A DNA stretch of 64,000 nt from Dehalococcoidia bacterium (GCA_965221065.1 OZ244861.1:2062984-2126983); one strand, 5' to 3'. Positions 9,383 through 22,743 are shown, counted from the stretch's first letter. Program-made: numbers and translations. The notes: generated by a model not told the origin, from the letters alone.

Positions 9383-9638
9383 CAGCCAGACAACACACGC
9401 AATTCGGGTGTCGGAGCGCTGGGATTCTTGCAGGGTTGGCTTGAGTTGGGATATCGTTGAGCTTCACGCGCCTGCCGCGGAGGCGGTCGGGCGTGGGAAG
9501 GGTCGAGGCCGACCTGAGGTTGATGACCGCCGGCGCACCGCCGGCCCGATCAGCCAGCGGCTTTGACCCTGTATTCGTGCCAATGCACCCGTGAGCGCAT
9601 AGGCTCGAAGCACGAGCGAGCGAGGAACGAGCAGCAGC

Positions 9639-10076
9639 GTGCCGACGATCAACCAGCTGGCCCGCAAGGGACGCAAGAAGTCCCGCAAGAAGGCGAAGGC
9701 GCCTGCCTTGCGCTTCCGCTACAACGCGTTGACCAGCCGCACCACCCAGGACAGCGGCTCTCCGCAAAAGCGCGGCGTCTGCACGGCGGTGCGCACAGTC
9801 ACGCCGAAGAAGCCCAACTCCGCCCTGCGCAAGGTCTGCCGGGTACGGCTAACCAACGGGATCGAAGTGACCGCTTACATCCCCGGCGAAGGTCACACGC
9901 TGCAGGAGCACTCGATCGTACTGGTGCGCGGCGGACGTGTCCGCGATTTGCCCGGCGTTCGTTATCAGGTCGTACGCGGAGCGCTCGATGCGCTTGGCGT
10001 CGCCGAGCGAAAGCGGGGCCGCTCCAAGTACGGAACTCGCAAGACTGCAGGATTGACAACAGCGACCACCCACTAG
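9639..10076 (+). CDS. rpsL: 30S ribosomal protein S12 (with ~14-aa internal insertion and C-terminal extension)
   Basis: [13 protein letters not shown]...[11 protein letters not shown](C)[37 protein letters not shown] canonical; GTG start. Confidence 0.9.
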   Translation: MPTINQLARKGRKKSRKKAKAPALRFRYNALTSRTTQDSGSPQKRGVCTAVRTVTPKKPNSALRKVCRVRLTNGIEVTAYIPGEGHTLQEHSIVLVRGGRVRDLPGVRYQVVRGALDALGVAERKRGRSKYGTRKTAGLTTATTH

Positions 10077-10152
10077 CGGGTGGTCGCTTTAGTGTGGCGA
10101 GCCCCCTCGGCATCTGACGAGACGCGCTCGCGTTAGAGATGGATGAGACAAC

Positions 10153-10623
10153 GTGCCGCGACGACGACGGCCCGATCGACACGAAATCCGCCCCGACGCG
10201 GTCTACGGATCGCAGCGGGTGCAGATGGTCATCAACCGCCTCATGAGGAACGGCAAGAAGGGCACCGCCGAGCGCATCGTCTACCGCGCCCTCGACATCC
10301 TCGAGGAACGCGTGCGTCAGGACCCGCTCGAAGTCTTCGACCAGGCCTTGAACAACATCACGCCCGAGATGGAAGTGCGCCCGCGACGCGTTGGTGGCGC
10401 GACCTATCAGGTACCAGTCGAGATTCGCCACGACCGTCGCACCTCGCTCGGCATTCGCTGGCTCGTCACCGCGGCGCAGGGGCGCAAGGGCCGGCCCGCC
10501 CACCTCTCCCTCGCCGACGAGCTGCTCGACGCATACAGCAACAGTGGCGCCGCTGTGCGCCGCCGTGAAGAAACCCACCGGATGGCGGAAGCGAACCGCG
10601 CGTTCGCTCACTACCGCTGGTAG
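10153..10623 (+). CDS. rpsG: 30S ribosomal protein S7
   Basis: MPRRRRPDRHEIRPDAVYGSQ...VINRLMRNGKKGTAERIVY... canonical S7; GTG start. Confidence 0.9.
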   Translation: MPRRRRPDRHEIRPDAVYGSQRVQMVINRLMRNGKKGTAERIVYRALDILEERVRQDPLEVFDQALNNITPEMEVRPRRVGGATYQVPVEIRHDRRTSLGIRWLVTAAQGRKGRPAHLSLADELLDAYSNSGAAVRRREETHRMAEANRAFAHYRW

Positions 10624-10757
10624 CGCGACGCCGGACGAGCGATTGAAGGAACGCCCAACGAGAGCTGACCCCTGGCCCCAAGTTGCCGGTGCTCAACGTT
10701 GCGCGAAGCAGAGACCCGAAAGAACGACCAGAGAGCTGACCAGAGGACACGATCAAC

Positions 10758-12812
10758 ATGCCCGCTGACCCGCCCATCTCGTCGCTCAGGAATATCGGCG
10801 TCATTGCCCATATCGATGCCGGCAAGACCACCGTGACCGAACGGATCCTCTACTTCACCGGTCGCACCTACAAGATCGGCGAAGTGCACGAGGGTACCGC
10901 CGTGATGGACTTTATGGAGCAGGAGCGCGAGCGCGGCATCACGATCATGGCCGCGGCGACGTCTTGCGAGTGGAGTGACCACCGGATCAACATCATCGAT
11001 ACTCCGGGTCACGTCGACTTCACCGTCGAAGTGGAACGCTCGCTGCGAGTGCTGGATGGCGGCGTGGTCGTCTTCGACGCCGTCGCCGGGGTCGAGCCGC
11101 AGTCGGAGACGGTCTGGCGACAGGCCGACCGCTACGGTGTCCCCCGCATCTGCTTCGTCAACAAGATGGACCGGATCGGCGCCGACTACTGGCGCACCAT
11201 GGAGATGATTCGCGACCGCCTGGGCATGATGCCCGTGCCGCTGCAGATTCCGATTGGCTCCGAAGACCAGTTCCAGGGCGTAATCGATCTGATTCGCGAA
11301 CGCGCCTGGTTCTTCAGCTCCGACCGCGACGCCCCGCCGACCGAGGGTGACATTCCCGATGACTACGTCGCCGACGCCGGTCGCTGGCGCGAGACGATGA
11401 TCGAACGAATCGCCGAGTTCGACGAGCAGGTGATGATCTCGTACATCGAAGGGCACGAGCTCTCGGTCGACGAGATCGTCAAGGCAGTGAGGCGCGGAAC
11501 GGTCGGGAACTCGTTCACGCCGGTCTTCTGTGGATCGGCCCTAAAGAACGTCGGTGTCCAGCGCTTGCTGGACGGGATCGTCGACTACCTCCCGGCGCCG
11601 GATGAGGTACCGCCGGTCGAAGGCGTCGGTCACAACGGCCCCGAGATCCGCTTCGCCGATCGCGAAGAGCCGCTCACGGCACTCGCCTTCAAGATCGTCA
11701 CCGACCCCTACGTCGGCCGGATTGCCTACGTCCGCATCTATGCCGGCACGCTGAAGGCCGGCGATGGCGTCTACAACTCGTCTCGCGACGAGACCGAGCG
11801 CGTGGGGCGTCTGCTGCGCGTTCACGCGGATTCGCGCGAGGACATCGATCACGTGACCGCCGGCGACATCGCCGCGTTCGTCGGACCGAAACAGACCTTC
11901 ACCGGCGACACGCTCTGCGATCGCAACGCGCCCGTGTTGCTGGACCAGATCTCCTTCCCCGAGCCGGTCGTTTCGATTGCGATCGAGGCGAAGAGCGCCG
12001 ACGACCAGGATCGCCTCGGCGCTTCGCTGCGCAAGCTGGCCGAGGAAGACCCCACCTTCAAGGTCGAATACAACGACGAGACCGCTCAGACCGTGATTTC
12101 CGGGATGGGCGAGCTGCACCTGGAAGTGATTGCCGACCGACTGCGCCGCGAGTTCAACGTGATGTGCAACGTCGGTCGACCGCAGGTGTCGTATCGCGAA
12201 ACCATCCGTCGTACCTCCGAGGCGGAAGGCCGCTTTGTCCGCCAGACGGGCGGCCGGGGTCAGTTCGGGCACGTGATGCTGCGCGTCGAACCGAACACGC
12301 CCGGCGAGGGATTCGAGTTCGAGGACGAGACGGCCGGCGGTGTCGTGCCGCAGCAGTACATCAGCTCGGTGCGCAAGGGCGTTGAGGACGCCATGCGCTC
12401 CGGTGTGGTCGGCGGGTTCCCCGTCGTTGACGTCAAGGTGGCATTGACCGACGGGTCCTATCACCAGGTGGACTCGAGCGAGATGGCCTTCGCCACCGCC
12501 GCCTCGATCGGATTCCGCGAGGCGCTGCGCAAGGCGGCGCCGATCCAGCTGGAGCCGATGATGCGCGTGGAGATTTCCACGCCGCCGGAGTACTTCGGCG
12601 AGGTCGCCGGCGACCTCTCCAGCCGCCGCGGTTCGGTCGTCGGCACGGAAGAACGCGGCGCGGCCCAGATCATCCAGGCGCAGATGCCCCTGGCCAACCT
12701 GTTCGGATACACCACGGCGCTGCGCTCGATGACGCAGGGCCGAGCCACGGCGAGCATTGAGTTCGACCACTACGAGGAAGTCCCGCAGAGCGTGCTCGCG
12801 GAAGCCCGCTAG
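10758..12812 (+). CDS. fusA: elongation factor G
   Basis: [18 protein letters not shown]-domain motifs; 684 aa; str-operon position. Confidence 0.95.
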   Translation: MPADPPISSLRNIGVIAHIDAGKTTVTERILYFTGRTYKIGEVHEGTAVMDFMEQERERGITIMAAATSCEWSDHRINIIDTPGHVDFTVEVERSLRVLDGGVVVFDAVAGVEPQSETVWRQADRYGVPRICFVNKMDRIGADYWRTMEMIRDRLGMMPVPLQIPIGSEDQFQGVIDLIRERAWFFSSDRDAPPTEGDIPDDYVADAGRWRETMIERIAEFDEQVMISYIEGHELSVDEIVKAVRRGTVGNSFTPVFCGSALKNVGVQRLLDGIVDYLPAPDEVPPVEGVGHNGPEIRFADREEPLTALAFKIVTDPYVGRIAYVRIYAGTLKAGDGVYNSSRDETERVGRLLRVHADSREDIDHVTAGDIAAFVGPKQTFTGDTLCDRNAPVLLDQISFPEPVVSIAIEAKSADDQDRLGASLRKLAEEDPTFKVEYNDETAQTVISGMGELHLEVIADRLRREFNVMCNVGRPQVSYRETIRRTSEAEGRFVRQTGGRGQFGHVMLRVEPNTPGEGFEFEDETAGGVVPQQYISSVRKGVEDAMRSGVVGGFPVVDVKVALTDGSYHQVDSSEMAFATAASIGFREALRKAAPIQLEPMMRVEISTPPEYFGEVAGDLSSRRGSVVGTEERGAAQIIQAQMPLANLFGYTTALRSMTQGRATASIEFDHYEEVPQSVLAEAR

Positions 12813-12875
12813 CCGCTCGCCAGTCAAACACACCAGACAGCAACATCGAAAGAACGACAGGCAGGAGAACCGAAG

Positions 12876-14078
<1,203 letters not shown>

Positions 14079-14117
14079 CGCCGAACCGGAAACGTTGCAG
14101 GGCGGAAAGACGGCAAT

Positions 14118-14426
14118 ATGGCTCGGCAGAAGATACGCATCCGACTCAAGGCGTACGACCATCGGGTTCTCGATGAGTCGGCTGCGCAGATTCTCGACAC
14201 CGCCGAGAAGACTGGCGCTGGTGTCGCCGGGCCGATTCCGCTGCCCACCGAGATTCGCAAGTACACGGTGATTCGCTCGCCGTTCGTTCACAAGGACGGA
14301 CGCGAACAGTTCGAGATCCGCACCCACAAGCGGATCATCGACATCATTGAACCCACCGGCCGAACCGTCGATTCCCTGATGCGGCTGCAGCTGTCGTCTG
14401 GCGTCGACGTCGAAATCAAGCTCTAA
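14118..14426 (+). CDS. rpsJ: 30S ribosomal protein S10
   Basis: [19 protein letters not shown]... canonical. Confidence 0.9.
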   Translation: MARQKIRIRLKAYDHRVLDESAAQILDTAEKTGAGVAGPIPLPTEIRKYTVIRSPFVHKDGREQFEIRTHKRIIDIIEPTGRTVDSLMRLQLSSGVDVEIKL

Positions 14427-14428
14427 TC

Positions 14429-15079
14429 ATGGCCATACCCGGACTCCTCGGCAAGAAGTTGGGCATGGTCCAGGTGATCGACGAGGCCGGGACGGTCGTG
14501 GGCTGCACCGTGCTCGAGGTCGGCCCCTGTCCCGTCACACAAATCATGACCGAATCGCGCGACGGCTACTCCGCCGTCCAGGTCGGCTACGGAGAAGCGC
14601 CCGCCTGGCGGATCAGCAAGGCCGAGCGTGGGCACACCGGCAACAACGGCCCGCTCAAGCACCTCGCAGTGTTCCCCGTGGAGGCGGATGACGTGGCCGA
14701 CCTGGAAGTGGGCGCCGTCGTCAATGCGACCGAGGTGTTCTCGACCGGCGACCGCGTCGATGTGCAGGGCATTTCCAAGGGCAAGGGCTTCGCTGGAACC
14801 GTCAAGCGACACGGCTTCCGCGGCGGACCCCGGACCCATGGTCAGAGCGACCGGCACCGCGCGCCCGGCTCCGTCGGCGCGGGCACGACCCCGGGCCGCG
14901 TGCTCAAGGGCACTCGGATGGCGGGCCGGATGGGCGGCAAGACGACGACATCGATGAATCTTGAAGTGGTGAACGTCAACGCGGATCGGCATCTGGTCTT
15001 CGTCAAGGGATCGGTGCCCGGCGCGACCAACGGTCTGGTTCGCATCAGACAGACCAAGCGGCGAGGCGGCAAGCGATGA
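14429..15079 (+). CDS. rplC: 50S ribosomal protein L3
   Basis: GLLGKKLGMVQV...KGKGFAGTVKRHGF canonical. Confidence 0.9.
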   Translation: MAIPGLLGKKLGMVQVIDEAGTVVGCTVLEVGPCPVTQIMTESRDGYSAVQVGYGEAPAWRISKAERGHTGNNGPLKHLAVFPVEADDVADLEVGAVVNATEVFSTGDRVDVQGISKGKGFAGTVKRHGFRGGPRTHGQSDRHRAPGSVGAGTTPGRVLKGTRMAGRMGGKTTTSMNLEVVNVNADRHLVFVKGSVPGATNGLVRIRQTKRRGGKR

Positions 15080-15735
15080 AACTTCCGCTGATCGACGCAC
15101 AGGGCAACTCGGCTGGCGAGATTGACGCAGACGACTCGGTCTTCGGGATCGAGCCGAATCTCGCGGTCGTACATCAGGCCGTGACGGCCCAACGCGCGAA
15201 TGCGCGGCAGGGCAACGCCTCCACGCTCGATCGTTCCGCTATCCGCCAGGCGTCGAAGAAGACCGGTCGCCAGAAGGGTGGCGGTCGGGCTCGCATGGGG
15301 ACGCCGTCCTCGCCGACGCGAATCGGCGGCGCCGTGGCCCACGGACCACACCCGCGCTCCTACCGCAAGCGACTCCCGAAGCGGATGCGTCGGCTGGCGA
15401 TCCGCTCCATGCTCTCTCAGCGGGCCTCAGAGGGCGGTGTGGTCGTCGCCGCGTCTGATGTCGAATTCGAGCCCAAGGCCTCGGCCATGTCGAAACTCTG
15501 CTCCGCGCTCGGTGTCGAGCGCAAGGCCCTGCTGGTCTCCGATGGAGTGGATCAAGACCTGGTCCTCGGTACGCGCAATCTTCCCAACGTCCAGGCGATG
15601 CCCGCCCAGACCCTCAGCAGCTACCTGATTCTCACGCACGACCAGCTGATCATGACCGAAGCCGCCGTGCGTCGCTGCGAGGCGCTGTGGGCGGTCGAAG
15701 CGGACGGCAGCGGCGAGGAGGACGGCGATGCCTAA
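15076..15735 (+). CDS. rplD: 50S ribosomal protein L4
   Basis: Order and ...KKTGRQKGGGRAR.G...HGPHPRSY... motif; ATGA overlap with rplC. Confidence 0.9.
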   Translation: MKLPLIDAQGNSAGEIDADDSVFGIEPNLAVVHQAVTAQRANARQGNASTLDRSAIRQASKKTGRQKGGGRARMGTPSSPTRIGGAVAHGPHPRSYRKRLPKRMRRLAIRSMLSQRASEGGVVVAASDVEFEPKASAMSKLCSALGVERKALLVSDGVDQDLVLGTRNLPNVQAMPAQTLSSYLILTHDQLIMTEAAVRRCEALWAVEADGSGEEDGDA

Positions 15736-16027
15736 GGACATTCATCCGTTCGCAGTCGTGCGTCAACCGATCATCACGGAGAAATCGACCGAACTGGCCG
15801 AGCAGGGCAAGTACGTGTTCGAAGTTGACCCGCGCGCGAACAAGCTGCAGATTCGCGAAGCGATCGAGATCGCGTTCTCGGTCCAGGTGCGCAAGGTCAA
15901 CGTGATCAACGTGCGTGGCTCGACGCGGCGAATCGGTCGCGGGCGGCCGGGTCGCGAGCGTGACTGGAAGAAGGCGATCATCACGTTGGCCGAGGGCTAC
16001 GAGATTCGCCTGTTCGAGGGGGTCTGA
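15728..16027 (+). CDS. rplW: 50S ribosomal protein L23
   Basis: ...PIITEKST......VFEVD..ANK..IREAIE..F.V.V..VN... canonical. Confidence 0.9.
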   Translation: MPKDIHPFAVVRQPIITEKSTELAEQGKYVFEVDPRANKLQIREAIEIAFSVQVRKVNVINVRGSTRRIGRGRPGRERDWKKAIITLAEGYEIRLFEGV

Positions 16028-16028
16028 C

Positions 16029-16865
16029 GTGCCGATCAAGAACTACAAGCCAACCTCCCCGGGACGCCGCAACTCCTCCGGACACACGTTCGAAGAGATC
16101 ACGAAGAAGAAGCCCGAGAAGAGTCTGCTCGCCCCGCTGAAGAAGAAGTCGGGCCGCAACAACAAGGGCCGCATCACCGTCCGCCACCGCGGCGGCGGCC
16201 ACAAGCGCCGTTACCGGATCATCGACTGGAAGCGCCGCGACCGCATCGGCATCGAAGGCCGAGTCGCGGCAATCGAGTACGACCCCAACCGCACCGCGCG
16301 GATCGCCCTGATCTTCTACACCGATGGAGAGAAGCGCTACATCATCGCGCCGAACGGGTTGCAGGTAGACGACCGCGTCATGTCGGGGCCCGATGCACCC
16401 ATCCGCGTCGGCAATGCCCTGCCCATGTCCGCGATCCCCAACGGCACGCAGGTGCACAACGTCGAACTGACCGAAGGTCGCGGGGCGCAGATGGTGCGCT
16501 CGGCCGGCGCCTCGGCGCAGATCATGGCCAAGGAAGGCAACTACGCCCTGCTGCGCTTGCCTTCGGGCGAGATGCGGCGCGTGCGTTCGGTCTGCTATGC
16601 CACGATCGGACAGGTCGGCAACGTCGAGCACTCCAACATCAAGCTCGGTAAAGCCGGTCGCAACCGGCATCGCGGTCGGCGACCGCAGGTGCGCGGCTCG
16701 GTCATGAACCCGGTCGACCACCCGCACGGTGGCGGCGAGGGCAAGGCGCCGATCGGTCTCCCCGGGCCGAAGTCCCCCTGGGGCTGGTACACGCTGGGCC
16801 GCCGTACGCGTGGCAAGAAGCAATCCGACAAGTACATCGTTCGCCGTCGCGGCCGACGGCGCTAA
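16029..16865 (+). CDS. rplB: 50S ribosomal protein L2
   Basis: GTG at 16029 gives [14 protein letters not shown]...; conserved ...[13 protein letters not shown]... motif. Confidence 0.9.
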   Translation: MPIKNYKPTSPGRRNSSGHTFEEITKKKPEKSLLAPLKKKSGRNNKGRITVRHRGGGHKRRYRIIDWKRRDRIGIEGRVAAIEYDPNRTARIALIFYTDGEKRYIIAPNGLQVDDRVMSGPDAPIRVGNALPMSAIPNGTQVHNVELTEGRGAQMVRSAGASAQIMAKEGNYALLRLPSGEMRRVRSVCYATIGQVGNVEHSNIKLGKAGRNRHRGRRPQVRGSVMNPVDHPHGGGEGKAPIGLPGPKSPWGWYTLGRRTRGKKQSDKYIVRRRGRRR

Positions 16866-16889
16866 GGCAGAGATCAGAGGGTTTGCGCG

Positions 16890-17174
16890 ATGTCTCGATC
16901 GACAAAAAAGGGTCCATACGTGGACCACAAGTTGATGCAAAAGGTGCAGCGTGTGCGTGCCTCGGGCGCGCGCACCGTGATCCAGACCTGGGCCCGGCCC
17001 TCGACGATCGTCCCCGAAATGGTCGGCTTGACGATCGCCGTGCACGACGGCCGGCGTCACGTGCCGGTCTTCGTGACCGAGAACATGGTCGGTCACAAAC
17101 TGGGCGAGTTCGCGCCCACGCGTACCTTCCGCGGCCACATCGGCCGCTCCGATCGCGGAACCCGGGTGCACTGA
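16890..17174 (+). CDS. rpsS: 30S ribosomal protein S19
   Basis: [19 protein letters not shown]... canonical. Confidence 0.9.
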   Translation: MSRSTKKGPYVDHKLMQKVQRVRASGARTVIQTWARPSTIVPEMVGLTIAVHDGRRHVPVFVTENMVGHKLGEFAPTRTFRGHIGRSDRGTRVH

Positions 17175-17524
17175 TGCAAGTCCAGGCCAGCGCCAAGTTC
17201 GTTCGCACGTCACCGCGCAAGGTGCGCCTCGTGATGCAGGGCCTGCGCGGGATGCCGGTTGAGGATGCGCGGCTGCAGCTTCGCTTCACGCCCAAGCCAA
17301 TCGCCCGCGACGTGGCGAAGGTGCTCGATTCCGCCGTCGCCAACGCCGAGAACAACTACGGGCTCGACGCTCGCGACCTGCACATCAAAGAGATTCACGC
17401 CGGCGACGGTCGCACCCTCCGGCGCTTCCGCGCCAAGGCGCGCGGTCGCGTGGGCCGCATTCTCAAGCGCACCGCGCATATCACCGTCGTCGTGTCCGAC
17501 GGCCAGGACGCAGAGGACGGATAA
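17174..17524 (+). CDS. rplV: 50S ribosomal protein L22
   Basis: [20 protein letters not shown]...; ATG 17174 overlaps rpsS stop. Confidence 0.85.
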   Translation: MQVQASAKFVRTSPRKVRLVMQGLRGMPVEDARLQLRFTPKPIARDVAKVLDSAVANAENNYGLDARDLHIKEIHAGDGRTLRRFRAKARGRVGRILKRTAHITVVVSDGQDAEDG

Positions 17525-17528
17525 CCCC

Positions 17529-18238
<710 letters not shown>

Positions 18239-18239
<1 letters not shown>

Positions 18240-18658
18240 TGCTTCAGCCCAGACGAGTCAAGTGGCGCAAGCACCACCGCGGCCGACGCCGCGGCATGGC
18301 GCAGTCCGGCAACTCCGTTGCCTTCGGCGAGATTGGATTGCAATCGCTCGAGGCGGCCTGGATTGACGGTCGCCAGATCGAGGCCGCCCGCCGCGCGATC
18401 ACGCACTACGTCAAGCGTGGGGGCAAGGTCTGGATCCGCGTCTTCCCCGACAAGTCCGTGACCCAGAAGCCGGCCGAGACCCGGATGGGCAAGGGCAAGG
18501 GCGCGCCCGAGAAGTGGGTCGCCGTGGTCAAGCCCGGCCGTGTGATCTTCGAACTCGCGGGCGTGCCCGAGGCGGACGCGCGCGAGGCGCTGCGTCGCGC
18601 CAGCCACAAGCTGCCGGTTCGCACCCGCGTCGTCGTTCGCGAAGCCGAGGTGGTGTAA
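18239..18658 (+). CDS. rplP: 50S ribosomal protein L16
   Basis: [19 protein letters not shown]...; ATGA overlap with rpsC. Confidence 0.9.
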
Positions 18659-18660
18659 GC

Positions 18661-19020
18661 ATGCCGAATCCTCTGGCCGACGAAGCCCGCTCGATGACCG
18701 ATGTCGAGCTGGGCGAGGCGATCAACGAGGCCTACCGCGAGGTCTTCAATCTGCAATTCCAGATTGGCACGCGGCAGCTGCAGAATCCGATGGCCATGCG
18801 CCAGGCCAGGCGCCAGGTCGCGCGGCTGCGCACAATCCTGCGCGAGCGGCAGTTGGCCGAGGCCGCCGGCGCTCCGATCGAGCCGCTGGCCCGCGTGGTC
18901 GACACCGTTGAAGACGCCGTCGACGAGGCCGACGCACCCGACGAGGTCGACGAAGTCGAACACGACGAAGCAGACAACAATGTTGAGCCCGAAGACGGCT
19001 CGGCGAGCGAGGAAGAATAG
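18661..19020 (+). CDS. rpmC: 50S ribosomal protein L29 with ~50-aa acidic C-terminal extension
   Basis: ATG 18661; core MTDVELGEAINEAYREVFNLQFQIGTRQLQNP is L29; tail ...DEADAPDEVDEVEHDEADNNVEPEDGSASEEE. Confidence 0.8.
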   Translation: MPNPLADEARSMTDVELGEAINEAYREVFNLQFQIGTRQLQNPMAMRQARRQVARLRTILRERQLAEAAGAPIEPLARVVDTVEDAVDEADAPDEVDEVEHDEADNNVEPEDGSASEEE

Positions 19021-19023
19021 CCA

Positions 19024-19344
19024 ATGGCACGCAAACGACGTGTTGGAATCGCCGTCGCCGATGCGCGCCACAAGACCGTGTCGGTGCGCGTCGAGCGCAC
19101 GGTGCGCCACCCGCTCTACAAGAAGATCATGCGCCGTCGCAAGCGCTACCTGGTCCACGATGAGGGCAACGACTGCAGGATCGGCGACTCGGTCGTGATC
19201 GAGGAATGCCGTCCGCTGTCCAAGCGCAAGTCCTGGCGCGTGGTCGAGATCCTCGAACGGCGCGAGGTCGCCGACATTCAACCGCAGGAGATTGGCGCCC
19301 CGTCGCTCGACGAGGCATCCACGGATGGTGAGGATTCGGAGTGA
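19024..19344 (+). CDS. rpsQ: 30S ribosomal protein S17 (acidic C-terminal tail)
   Basis: ...[31 protein letters not shown]... canonical. Confidence 0.9.
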   Translation: MARKRRVGIAVADARHKTVSVRVERTVRHPLYKKIMRRRKRYLVHDEGNDCRIGDSVVIEECRPLSKRKSWRVVEILERREVADIQPQEIGAPSLDEASTDGEDSE

Positions 19345-19712
19345 TCCAGCAGGAATCCTCGCTGCGCGTCGCCGACAACTCGGGCGCCCGGGTGATCAAG
19401 TGCATCCGCGTCCTCGGCGGCACCAAGCGCCGCTACGCCTCCGTTGGCGACACGATCGTGGCCACGGTCAAACAGGCCGATCCGGGCCGCGAGATCCGCG
19501 CCGGACAGGTCGTGCGAGCGGTCATCGTTCGCGTGGCCAAGCAGTACCGCCGCGTTGACGGCTCGTACATCCGCTTCGACGACAACGCGGCCGTGATCTT
19601 GGCCGCTGATGGACAAAACCCGACCGGCACCCGCATCCTCGGCCCGGTCGCGCGCGAGCTGCGCGAGCGCGACTTCATGCGCATCGTGTCGCTGGCTCCG
19701 GAGGTGGTCTAG
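19341..19712 (+). CDS. rplN: 50S ribosomal protein L14
   Basis: [17 protein letters not shown]...; GTGA overlap with rpsQ. Confidence 0.9.
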   Translation: MIQQESSLRVADNSGARVIKCIRVLGGTKRRYASVGDTIVATVKQADPGREIRAGQVVRAVIVRVAKQYRRVDGSYIRFDDNAAVILAADGQNPTGTRILGPVARELRERDFMRIVSLAPEVV

Positions 19713-20027
19713 ATGCGTCGAGTGCAACGCGACGACCTCGTCGAGATTCGCGCCGGCAAGGATCGCGGACGGCGCGGCCAGGTTCGACAGGTAATCCCGA
19801 GGAATAACCGCGTCATCGTGACCGGGATCAACATGGTCAAACGCCACATGCAGCCCACCCAGATGGGCGCTCCGGCGGGGATCATCGAGCGCGAGGCGCC
19901 CCTGCACGAATCGAAAGTCGCAGTGGTCTGTCCGATCTGTGACCGACCGTCTCGCGTCGGATTCCGTGAGCGCGCCGACGGTGTCAAGACGCGAGTCTGC
20001 CGCAGGTGCGATGGGGATATCGACTGA
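19713..20027 (+). CDS. rplX: 50S ribosomal protein L24
   Basis: KOW motif ...VRAGKDRGRRGQV...; position in spc operon. Confidence 0.85.
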   Translation: MRRVQRDDLVEIRAGKDRGRRGQVRQVIPRNNRVIVTGINMVKRHMQPTQMGAPAGIIEREAPLHESKVAVVCPICDRPSRVGFRERADGVKTRVCRRCDGDID

Positions 20028-20605
20028 TGACAACCAATGGTTCAACCGCCCAGGCCCCGCGCCTGAAGCAGCGTTTCAACGACGAGATCGCTCCTCGACT
20101 GTTTGAGGAGTTCAGCTACGGCAACGTGATGCAGGTTCCGCGCGTAGTGAAAGTCGTAGTCAACTCCGGCGTGGGGGAGTCCCTGGGTCCGGGCGGCGCG
20201 GCGATCCTCGAAAATTGCGTCTCCGACATGACCACGATCTGCGGGCAGAAGCCCGTCGTCAACAAGGCCAGGAAGTCCATCGCGAACTTCAAGCTGCGCG
20301 AAGGCAACAATGTCGGCGTGTCCTGCACCCTGCGCGGCGCGCGGATGTGGGAGTTCCTCGACCGCACGATCAACGCGGCGCTGCCGCGTATCCGCGACTT
20401 CCAGGGCGTCTCGCGAACCGCCTTCGACGGACGTGGCAACTACTCGCTCGGCATCCGCGAGCAGATTGTCTACCCCGAGATCGACTACGGCAGCGTCGAC
20501 AAGGTTCGCGGGCTGCAGGTCAACATCATCACGACGGCTCGGACCGACGCAGAAGGCAGACGGTTGCTCGAACTGCTCGGGTTTCCCTTCGAGCGAAACC
20601 AGTGA
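20027..20605 (+). CDS. rplE: 50S ribosomal protein L5
   Basis: ATG 20027 (overlapping rplX stop) gives [23 protein letters not shown]...NVMQVPR..KVVVN.G canonical. Confidence 0.9.
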   Translation: MTTNGSTAQAPRLKQRFNDEIAPRLFEEFSYGNVMQVPRVVKVVVNSGVGESLGPGGAAILENCVSDMTTICGQKPVVNKARKSIANFKLREGNNVGVSCTLRGARMWEFLDRTINAALPRIRDFQGVSRTAFDGRGNYSLGIREQIVYPEIDYGSVDKVRGLQVNIITTARTDAEGRRLLELLGFPFERNQ

Positions 20606-20677
20606 GCGAAATCAGTGGACGGACCCGGTGAGAGAAGACATGAACAGCAGGAACGGTGCTAGCAGGCAGGATTCGCA

Positions 20678-21082
20678 ATGCCAGTGACTGACCCCGTCGC
20701 CGACATGCTGACGCGCATTCGCAACGCGATTCACGCGGGTCATCCCCGCGTCGAAATCCCCGCGTCGAACATGAAGATTTCGATCGCCAATGTCTTGGCC
20801 GAGGAAGGCTTTATCCGTTCCTATCAGGTCAAGGATCGCGCCGGCCGCGCCGGCCGCGACCTCGATGTCGAGTTGCTCTACGACGAGGCCGGGGCGTCCG
20901 TCGTCACCGGTCTCAAGCGGGTCTCACGTCCCGGTCTGCGCGTCTATGTGCAAAAGCGCGAGATACCGCGGCCCTACGGCGGCCTGGGCGTGGCGATCCT
21001 CACAACGCCTCGCGGTGTCATGACCGGCGCGCAGGCGCGACGCGAGAACGTGGGCGGAGAAGTGCTGTGCTTCGTTTGGTAA
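20678..21082 (+). CDS. rpsH: 30S ribosomal protein S8
   Basis: MPVTDPVADMLTRIRNA... canonical. Confidence 0.9.
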   Translation: MPVTDPVADMLTRIRNAIHAGHPRVEIPASNMKISIANVLAEEGFIRSYQVKDRAGRAGRDLDVELLYDEAGASVVTGLKRVSRPGLRVYVQKREIPRPYGGLGVAILTTPRGVMTGAQARRENVGGEVLCFVW

Positions 21083-21113
21083 CGAACCAGGAGAACACGA
21101 TTGGAGCGGGACG

Positions 21114-21650
21114 ATGAGTCGAGTCGGCCGTCTGCCCGTGCCGCTGCCGGCCGGGGTCGATGTCAAGATCGAGCAGGGCCATGTCTCGGTCAAGGGACCG
21201 CGCGGTGAGCTGGATCAGCATGTTCACCCTGACCTGCATATCGCCTTGGGCGAGGGTGAGGTCGTGGTCACGCGACCCAGCGACCGCCGCGAGCACCGTT
21301 CCCAGCACGGACTGGCGCGAGCACTGATTCAGAACATGGTGACCGGCGTCTCTGAGGGCTGGTCCAAGACCCTGGAGATCCAGGGCACGGGTTACCGCGC
21401 CGAGATGGACGGCAACACGCTGGTCCTGCGCGTGGGCTACTCGCACCTGGTGCGCAAGGATCCGCCCGACGGGATTGAGTTTGCCGTCGAAGGCCAACTC
21501 GTTCACGTGCGCGGAGCGAACAAGCAGGTGGTCGGTCAGCAGGCAGCCGAGATTCGCGCAGTCCGCCCGCCCGAGCCCTACAAGGGCAAGGGCATTCGCT
21601 ACCGCGGCGAGTGGGTCCGACGTAAGCAGGGCAAGAGCGCCATCGCCTAG
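21114..21650 (+). CDS. rplF: 50S ribosomal protein L6
   Basis: [20 protein letters not shown]...[10 protein letters not shown] canonical. Confidence 0.9.
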   Translation: MSRVGRLPVPLPAGVDVKIEQGHVSVKGPRGELDQHVHPDLHIALGEGEVVVTRPSDRREHRSQHGLARALIQNMVTGVSEGWSKTLEIQGTGYRAEMDGNTLVLRVGYSHLVRKDPPDGIEFAVEGQLVHVRGANKQVVGQQAAEIRAVRPPEPYKGKGIRYRGEWVRRKQGKSAIA

Positions 21651-21696
21651 GCCAGAGGCCTGGAACATAAGCGCATGTCGATCTGGAGAAGATGAG

Positions 21697-22083
21697 ATGA
21701 CGACGATTCGCCGCAAGCGGCGCACCACGCGGGCCGCGCGTCAGCGTCGGCATCTGCGAGTGCGCAAACGGGTACACGGGACCGCGCGGCGTCCACGACT
21801 CTGCGTCTTCCGCTCGGCCAGGCACATCTACGGTCAGATCATCGACGACGACGCCGGCGTCACCCTCGCCAGCGCGTCTGATCTGGGCTCGAACGCCGCT
21901 GCCACGACCGAGGAAGACGGGTCGGGCAAGCGCGCGAGCGCGAGAGCCGTCGGGCGACAGCTCGCACAGGTCGCGCGGGACGCCGGCATTTCGACCGTCG
22001 TCTTCGACCGCGCCGGATATCAATACCACGGACGCGTTCGCGCGCTGGCCGAGGCCGCGCGCGATGGCGGGCTCGTCTTCTAG
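21697..22083 (+). CDS. rplR: 50S ribosomal protein L18
   Basis: ATG 21697 with GGAGAAG ribosome-binding site; [25 protein letters not shown]...PRL.VFRS..HIYAQ canonical. Confidence 0.85.
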   Translation: MTTIRRKRRTTRAARQRRHLRVRKRVHGTARRPRLCVFRSARHIYGQIIDDDAGVTLASASDLGSNAAATTEEDGSGKRASARAVGRQLAQVARDAGISTVVFDRAGYQYHGRVRALAEAARDGGLVF

Positions 22084-22113
22084 CAGCGCGGCCATCGGGA
22101 GCAGGAGCGAAGC

Positions 22114-22743
22114 ATGGTGCAGCAACGAGACGGCGGACGAGGGCGGGGCCGCCGCCGCGATCGCGACGAACCGCAGGACGACATCATCGAGAAGGTCGTC
22201 TCGGTCTCCCGCGTGGCCAAGGTAGTCAAGGGTGGACGGCGATTCTCGTTTACATCGGTGGTGGTCGTCGGCGACGGCAACGGCCGCGTCGGGATCGGCA
22301 TCGGACGCGCCAACGAAGTACCCGACGCAATTCGCAAGGGCTCAACCATCGCTCGACGCGAGATGATCAGCGTCCCGATTCGCAACGGCACCATCCCGCA
22401 CCCGATCACGGCCCGATTCTGCGCGTCGCAGGTGTTGCTCAAGCCCGCCGCTCCCGGAACCGGTGTGATCGCCGGTGGTGGTGCGCGTGCCGTGTTGGAA
22501 GCGGTCGGCCTGCGCAACGTGCTTACCAAGTCGCTCGGCTCCAACAACGTGGTCAACGTGGTCCAGGCCACGCGTCGCGCATTGATGGAGCTGCGCGACC
22601 CCGTCCAGGTACGCCGCGAGCGACTGCGTCTCGCGGGTCGGATTCCCGACGAGCCCGCGGCAGCCCCGACCGCCGCTGATGTCGAAACGGAAGCCGCAAA
22701 CGCAGTCGACGCCGAACTCGCCGCGGCCGGAACGAACGAGTAG
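22114..22743 (+). CDS. rpsE: 30S ribosomal protein S5 (with ~40-aa C-terminal extension)
   Basis: ...[32 protein letters not shown]... canonical. Confidence 0.9.
   Translation: MVQQRDGGRGRGRRRDRDEPQDDIIEKVVSVSRVAKVVKGGRRFSFTSVVVVGDGNGRVGIGIGRANEVPDAIRKGSTIARREMISVPIRNGTIPHPITARFCASQVLLKPAAPGTGVIAGGGARAVLEAVGLRNVLTKSLGSNNVVNVVQATRRALMELRDPVQVRRERLRLAGRIPDEPAAAPTAADVETEAANAVDAELAAAGTNE

Noticed and set aside
9336-9566. 76-aa ORF in the rpsL leader
   Set aside because: It overlaps the ccsA 3' end in another frame and has no ribosome-binding site. It is typical spurious high-GC ORF content in a leader that must hold the str promoter.
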